Positions 55,755-64,000 of a DNA stretch of 64,000 nt are shown one piece after another. The notes beneath the pieces are model-generated. The model made no database searches and was not told the origin of the DNA. It saw only the letters and a list, made by a program, of their open reading frames with translations. The DNA lies in NCBI GenBank assembly GCA_964016885.1, contig OZ024749.1, positions 48,670,001 through 48,734,000 on the forward strand. Reading direction: 5' to 3'. Source of the DNA: Eledone cirrhosa. Taxonomy: Eukaryota. Numbering within the stretch: the first letter of the stretch is position 1; each line of letters begins with the position of its first letter. The position numbers and the translations under genes are program-made.

Positions 55755-58056
55755 GTGAGAGGAAGAAAGAAAGAAAGTGCGATGAAAGCTTAGCTCACCC
55801 TATAGATTCTTTTCGTCGAGGGAGAGCTCTCATTCACGTATACACTCTGTTTATATATACAGAAATAATCGATATATATATATATATATCTGTGTAAGAG
55901 TATGTGATTTCATCTATACAAATATATTACACATAATATGCACAAGTTTATACATACACAAATATTCAGAGACACGCATATACATGAACATACTCACACA
56001 CATACACAGAAACAAAATGTATGTTTGTTCATATATCTATGTACGAGTCTGTGAATATCCATAGGTTAGTGTATCCTCGGAAAAGGAAACTAATATGTAG
56101 TATTTGATAAATAACCTTTCAAATATAGAAGAAAAATACGGACATAAGGCCTAATAATTTCTGCCTATGCGAGCGAGAATTACCATCCAAAACTTGATAA
56201 ATTCTCTTTAGCTGATAACCTACAGACCTTTCGAGTTGGTACAATATAGACTTCATTTTCTTGCTTCGACTATCATTATTTCTTCAATATTTTAGTATAA
56301 TAGATGTTTGTTTAGTAGCAGGGTATGTCACCTTTTGGATTACTCATTTTGTGCTATATTTGTTTGCTTACATATCGATTCTTAGTTCAAATCACATACG
56401 TGTCTCGTTTGGTGATTTCGCTTTCCATACTAAATAAGAGCATCGAAGTCTAATTACGATTGTCACTTTATTTGAGAACTATTTAAAGTTAAATCCACCG
56501 TGTTGTTTAGTTCCACGTATACCCTTGCTGAGCAGGCACATGACTAAAACTGTTCCATTTTATTTTGTACTTTTCGAAGACTCGTTCTTTCTAATATAAA
56601 ATGCACCAATTTCGATCATTTTCCATGAACGTAGAGTTCTGTTTATGTGCTCTGTCAAGGCGGTTGTACGATCAAATAAATCATCCGTAATTTTTCATTT
56701 AATGTCGTTTTAAAACACGCATTGAAAACAATTCAGAATCTTAAACAATTCAGAATCTTAAAACAATTCTCTCAATTGCTACTGGATGAAACATATTCAT
56801 ATCAGAGGATTTCCTGGTGTTCACATTCTGACACCCAATATGACGAACAGATATTGTCATCTTATTAAGGATTCCGCATCTGTTGAAATTTCTGATATAA
56901 TTTGGTTAGAGTTATTCTTTTCCAATTGTATAATGTTCAGAAAATATATTATCTCCTTCACATGAAAAATAATTCATTAATGCAACTTTTTTTGTTGTTG
57001 ATGTTATATAGGATGTCACACACCCTCTTATATATGAGGAGATATAGTTTGTTGATAAAAGAAGGAAATGCAATATTATACCTAACACATTTGGAGATTA
57101 TTTCGCATTTCTCTTTTATTTGCTCATTACTACACAACGATTCACCTAGTACATATGCAGACATTTTTATTCATTTACTTTACGCTAAGACTCATCCCAA
57201 CTCGCCCTATATATTTACGAATACAATTTCTTAAACAGTTTATCTATTATTATCAGCATTTATCAAATATACGTTCATATAACACAATATAGGTTGTACG
57301 TGATAAAAAAAACAACATTGAAATAGTTACACAAAACTACTAAGAGCAAGACAGCAATGACAAATCTCAGCATCGAAATTCAAGAAGAAAACTGGGATGA
57401 ATCCCATTTTCAAAAACCTTCCCTATGAGAATGAGACCTTTCAGAGTATCAAAAAAGGGATATATATTATCGCACGCATATACGCTTCTAGTCAGTTTAG
57501 ATTCCAACAGTAATGTGACCTCAGAAAACTATAACGTTTATAGCTTACACATATATACAGACAAATCGAAGTTAATGGCAATCAGAGCAAAACAAAACAC
57601 AAACAATCACATGAAATATATTGATCAGAAATCAATGACATTTTCAGACACGAGAAATCCCCTTAATACTGAAAGAAAGAAGGATTATTGAAGTATCATG
57701 TATAGTTTAATCTATTATATGAAACTGAAACAAGAAGATCAGACACAAAAGATATTATCAAGAGGTTTGAAGGGTAGGCATATACACATTTTCTCGGTCA
57801 GAAAAAAATCAAATTTGAAGATCATGAAATAACAAAAATTAAAATAGCATGGACAATTGATCAGTAAAGGTAGTTTCAGAGCGATTTTTGAAAGAAACAC
57901 AGCTTACACACATACGCATAGAAAACATAAACACACACTCACACACAAACATGCAGACAAACACACAAACACGCAAACACGCATATATATATATATATAT
58001 ACACACACACATACAAACACACACACACACATACACACACACACACACATACACAC

Positions 58057-58128
<72 letters not shown>

Positions 58129-58394
58129 TCTGTATGTAGCTTATGTCGAAGTGTTTCCGCTTATGTGTGTGAATGTCTGTGCGTTTGTGACGGGATGTAT
58201 AAACACTTACTACTGAATATCATAAACATGCTACATACAATACTATAAAAACAACAGAAGGCGCAAGGCTAAATGAAACAAATTATGGTAAGTTGAAATA
58301 GGAGATAACCAAATGACCTTTAATCATTGGCTGTGGCTTGCTCTTATAGTATAGTGTCTGTATAAAATCTGCCTGAACTAAACATAATAAAGGC

Positions 58395-58640
58395 CAGTAT
58401 GTTAGTTGTTAGAGATTTGGATTCGCAATCGTGAGGTTGTGAGTTGAATTCTCTGACCGGGTGATGCGTTATCTCATTGAGCAAGATACATTATGTCACG
58501 TTGCTCCTTCTGCCGGGAGATGCGAACGGCTGATAGTATCAGCAATGGATAGATCAATGAAAATATTATTTCCATGGTCCGATGTCCAACCCACATGGCA
58601 AGCAAATGAGATATTCGATCATGTCGATCGATCAGAGCAA
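58395..58640 (+). mobile_element. SINE family B
   Basis: attcgcaatcgtgaggttgtgagttg..ttgagcaagatacattatgtcacgttgctcc. Confidence 0.75.
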
Positions 58641-58788
58641 ACTACTAATTCGATTAACACCCTGATTCTCATGAAACCTACTATGGTGAAATTCTAAACC
58701 TTGAATCCCACATCGAAAGTGGGAAACATATTAGTGGTGACTACTCAAATTGGTGAATCAACAACAACTAAATGATGCACACCAATAC

Positions 58789-58840
<52 letters not shown>

Positions 58841-58858
58841 AAATTGTCTTATTTTACG

Positions 58859-58903
<45 letters not shown>

Positions 58904-59269
58904 TACTTAAAATCAGTGTATCACATTTGCCTGTTAAGCTTCTTTGGCTTTAGGGATGAGTCAGCAAATTACGTGTCCATTTGTTTGGTCGGAGTTTGCT
59001 TCAATCAAGCCACTGTCTGTTGTACTATTTTTTGTTTTACTTTTTCGCAATTTTCACAAAGATGTCATTAAAATATTTCTAAAAATATAACGGATAGTTT
59101 CAGCGTAAACGAGTAGATTTTCGTCCTGATTATATACTATAGTCGCTTAAATCTCGTTTTTTATTGTTGTATTTGCACTAGACAGACTTATTTGACCGAA
59201 AATATAAGATAAAATTATTGATATCTTGCAAAGGAAGACACGAGGATAGACATTTTGGCTTAGAAGTTT

Positions 59270-59690
59270 AATCGATAACATTAGCGCAAATACTTCATTC
59301 TATGACAAGGCAAAGTTGAAAAGCTATATATACTAAAGCGGAATTTGAACTCAGAATATAGAAAAGGACACTATATCCGTGAAACTGTTTCTAAAGTACC
59401 CTACCGATTGTGATAATGTAACATTCTAATTTCGTAACAGGTTCACCATTTCTGATAATGAAACAACCTAAAATACCTAAAAGTATTTAATTCTTAAATA
59501 TATAAAACGACAACCAGGCACCAGAGAATATAGCCTATTGGTGTCCACCTTGATAATGCATTGATATTTTATATTATTCACCCCAAAAGGATGAAACATT
59601 AACTTGAGTTGAGTGCTATATTAACTCGGATGATAAAATACGCATTTATATTCTGTAAGGCATTTTATTGAATTATCTCTCAATTTCAGT
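59270..59690 (-). mobile_element. Two very decayed SINE family A copies
   Basis: gcggaatttgaactcag..ctaccgatt and accccaaaaggatgaaa. Confidence 0.45.
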
Positions 59691-61215
59691 TGAAAACCAC
59701 ACTTTTATACGATATTATTGATTTTTGATATAAGTCCACTCTCAAATAAAACCGACATGTTACGTGCGTTGGTGAGGATTAAATACGTTGCAGTCAGATA
59801 CAAAATCTAATCAGAAACAAGTGGTACGTAGTAGTGGTCAAATATTTCTTACAGTTTTATTAATACAACAGGAGACACTAGGCTAAAACAGATAGGCACT
59901 GCACATATTTGAGTAACATAAAATGTACCCATCTTTGCAATAATATCAAACAGTAATAAATATAATACTGCAAAAAGGACGATACAAATTAGTAGAATTA
60001 GAAGATTTCATCGTATTTTCAGTACAGAAAGTAAAACGATCAAGTAGGGATCAATAAGGGAAAAATGTCTATGAGCATATATTAAAAGGAAACACGTCCG
60101 AGTGAATGAATGTATGTTGTAGGTCATTACTATTTCATTTCAAATCATGGTCAAGTCCGAATTGCGGATTCCGGGTTTGACGAAATACCTGCCATTTCAT
60201 GAAATATTAGTGACTGTTTTATCAATATCTACATGAAGTAGGGTTATGGCAACATTCGTAATCACTAGAATATGAGATCATTAGAATATGAAGTAATTAG
60301 TAATAATCCGATAACGAAGAGGTAGGAATTTGGTAGGCACTAGAAGAGAATGTCAAACATATTTCTTGCGTTTGTACATTACTAACGCTCATAACGTAGT
60401 TAAACCAAACCTACTAGTATTACATCTACATTAAACTTTAACATTTCATTCTTATCAAGAGAAGCACAATGTTCTAATATTTACTGCAAATTAGATACAA
60501 TGTAAATGATGTCGAAACACTTAATAAAACTGCTACAGCATTATTTTATTCTAAAATCTGATTAGAACTGACGCAAATATATTTCTCCGTGATATATAAA
60601 TATGCCAAGAAAATTGGAAAAAAGAACACAATAAAGGAAAACATATTTAAATTGAAAATTTTAAATTAAATATCACTTTATTGGCTCTACCACGTTGTAT
60701 GATAGGCTATTATAGATACGATAACAATATACCACTCATAAATGTTCATTTTAAATCCTGTAAATATAGAGTGTGAGGTCATAATCTCAGATCAAAGTTA
60801 GGTTCAGAGGAAATGAGGAAAAATATCGTAATATTGAAGGCTACAGAAAATATATCTGAAATAAGTAAACGAAATAGGCAAACAATAAAACGGATGTGTG
60901 CACTTGCACTTTTATATTATTTGGAATGACGATAAAAAGGATAATAGTTTGAATAATGTATAACGAAATGGAGATCTGCAAAAAAGGGGGAGGGAGAGAT
61001 ATTCAGAGTTACAAGAAGAGAGTAAGATCAAGTATGAGGAAAGGAAATGTGTATGTTGTTCTAGTAGAGAGATGAGTTGTAAATATGAGAGGGTGACTAC
61101 AAAGACATTAGAAAGACAGTGAAAAGGGATTGAGATGTAAAACAAAATTAATGAGTAAAAAAAAATATAATGTAAAATGCGAGTTGAAAAGGTAGATTGT
61201 GGGAGGAGGACTGAC

Positions 61216-61262
<47 letters not shown>

Positions 61263-63875
61263 ATTTTGTGCAAAAAATGGTACGTGCAATATATAGGAAA
61301 GAAAAAAGTGAAAACCAAAATATAAGTAGACAAGATTAAAAGAAATATTTGAAGGAGAGAAATACTTGTAACAGAGGAGACAATTACGGTATGAGTAGCG
61401 AGAAAGAAAATCTAAATAAATTAGGGAAAATAAAAGATACGAAGCAGAGAGGAAGTTAGATGTAACAAAAAATGAGAAAAGAAAGAGAGACACTTGAGGT
61501 GAAATTCGTTTTATAGCAAGAAGCCATGTCGATCTAACGATAAAATATTTAACATTAAATTAGAAATGTGAATGCAACCATTTCAACGTAGATAGAATGA
61601 AAAGATACTAACATGTTTCGATTGATCTTTCAGGCAACCGCGAACTTCCGTAACTTTTATTTTTTAATTCATTTATATTATACACTCAGGCACACATACC
61701 ATCGCATGTATACATAGGAATTTATATATACATGCACATAAATATACATACCTATATCCATACGTACATATGCCTACATGCATGACTACACATATATGTC
61801 TTAATAGATACGTACACACACGAATACCTTTATACATACGTACAAACACATACATATATACGAGTGCGTGGTGTGTACGTGTTTGCATATCTGCGTAAGC
61901 ATGTATTTATCAGTAAAATATATTTGTTTTCATTTCGTACACATGCCTCTAGGCATTTGAATAAAAATACATACACATATATGTGCGTGTGTTTGTGTGT
62001 ATACGCGCGCTCTTGTGTGTGTGTGTATGTGTGTGTGTGTGAGTGTTTGTTTGTGTGTATGTGTGTGTATATGTACTAATCTTTCATTCAGGCATGTATT
62101 CCAAGCATAAATCTCTTCTAGATTTATTTATTTCAAGAGGGTTTTCTATTTTTTCTTTGAACGTGCATTCTATCGTGTGGGTTACTGGAAGCTTTCTAGA
62201 AACAGTAATGTGCCTATAATCATTCCGAACGTTTCTAGACTGCTATAATTTTACCTTTAGGTTGAAATTTATTGGTAAGTATTGTTGGAAATTCGTAACA
62301 TATTGTTGTAGACATTATTGCCGGAAATTAAATATTTTTTTTATCAATGAAGTGTTGATTTTGTTTGTGTCATATTTATGCTGTCTAAGATATGTTTTTT
62401 TTAAATTTTAGTATTGAGTTGTATCTTGAGTATGAATACCGTTATCTGTATAGATAGGGTGCTAAAATAAAATGGATGATCATTAATGGAGCAACAACTA
62501 GTATTTGCTTTTGTATTCAAGTCATATATTACAAACTATTAGTGTGGACGGAGGTGAGGAAATATTGCAGAGGTCATCTGAGACACAAAGTTTAAATGGT
62601 TCATATGAAACGAATTTGCAAATGCCATTGCAGGAATCGTTCATCTACCCAGATCATATTAAAAGATTTAAGTAACACGAAGCTTTTAGAGACTACCCAG
62701 TTTTGACAAGAATAAACAGACATAATGCTGAATTAGTAGTGACTGAGAAACGTAATATATATTAAGTTGATGAAGTCATATCCTCAGGTATGGTTCAAGT
62801 TTGATACACAGTTCCTCTTCCAGTAGAGGTGAATGAGTTGTTTTGTGTCTATGAATTCCTACTCGAATGTGGCAGAAAACTGAATAGAACCGGTTTCATC
62901 CCGGTTGTGGGTAAATCATGCGAAAACATAGTAATGTTAATTCCCCTGAAATTATAAAGCAAAAATATTTTCTTAAGCATGTTCTCATTGAATTATCTGA
63001 GTCGAGGGAAACAATATATATATGTGTGTTTGTGTGTGTGTATACATCTCTCTGTGTTTCTGTGTTTGTGTGTGCATGTGCGTGTGTCTGTGTTTGAGTG
63101 ATTGTGTGTGTTTTTGTGTGTGTGTGTATATATATATATATACATGCAATTGAAATATGTTAGTAATTTAATCATGATATATTCATGTATTTAAAGTGGA
63201 TATTCTCACTCTACGGTGCAGCGTGTTTCTTTCAGTTTCTGTCACTATCCAACCGCCTCCATCTCTGGTCTTACCCTTCTAAATATATAAGTGTCTCCAT
63301 CTATTTATTTCGATTGGTTTAGAATACCTACGAAAAGGTGGTCTCTTTTATATATTAGTTGAATTCTAAATTGAAAAGAAGTATATACCCTTTTCATTTA
63401 AAATTCAGCGCAGTAATATCCGATCAAGCACTCCAATATAATACTCTGCATGAAGAATAATATTTTTCCTTTGTATTTCGTTTTTTTTCTGGTGTTTTTT
63501 CAATATTTTCTTTCAATTGAAAATATATTTCATTTAATGCAGTTTTCCTCAATATCGCTTAAATGTTCCATTCTTTATAACATTTATATTGAAACACTCT
63601 CATGAAAAATACTTATATGTATACAAAAAGATTTGGTGCATCCTTAATAACATAGAGAGACACATAATTACACGAATTCCACAGACACACGCACACACGC
63701 TCATATTCTCCTACAACCACGAGAATCAACTCTGTTTTTTTTTATTTGTTTATGTTATACTTTGTAGCTGTTTTCGCTTCTTCTCTACTATATTTATTTC
63801 TCTCTTTTCCACACTGTTGAAAGTAAAATGATTCTTATATGTGAGTCATAAAGTATGATGTTTCGTCGTCCGTGA

Positions 63876-63925
<50 letters not shown>

Positions 63926-63943
63926 GTATTGTTGTTGTTGTAG

Positions 63944-64000
63944 TTTGAGTCTCAGTCATTGATGTTATTTAACTGGAAATTTTGTTGAAATGAATATCAA
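63944..64000 (-). mobile_element. 3' terminus of another copy of the same R4/Dong family (continues beyond the window)
   Basis: tttgagtctcagtcattgatgttatttaac.ggaa...gttgaaatgaatatcaa is nearly identical to 31468-31524 and again lies next to (ATT)n (63877-63925). Confidence 0.85.

Noticed and set aside
60912-61493. 193-aa hydrophobic ORF
   Set aside because: Antisense of a purine-rich low-complexity tract that includes (GA)n

Overview
This is AT-rich eukaryotic DNA saturated with microsatellites ((TA)n, (CA)n, (GA)n, (ATT)n, (TTC)n, (ACT)n). The repeat content resembles a cephalopod genome, probably Octopus (inference). I found no confident host protein-coding gene, and nearly all listed ORFs are microsatellite artefacts, so the window reads as a large intron or intergenic stretch. 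Recognisable content: (1) a frameshifted R4/Dong-clade non-LTR retrotransposon (RT, CCHC and REL endonuclease; minus strand, ~31.5-33.9 kb) ending in (TAA)n, plus an older copy and a third 3' end. (2) An RTE-clade LINE with a 5' inversion of twin-priming geometry (18.1-19.1 kb). (3) A 5'-truncated Penelope-like element (GIY-YIG C-terminus) carrying an apparently intact minimal hammerhead ribozyme. (4) Many short fold-back elements inside (TA)n tracts, several with intact or decayed hammerhead cores. (5) About 20 copies of two tRNA-derived SINE families. (6) Two MITEs. The most notable signal is the set of hammerhead-bearing, Penelope-type palindromic elements in TA tracts. This class is known in general, but these families may be uncatalogued.
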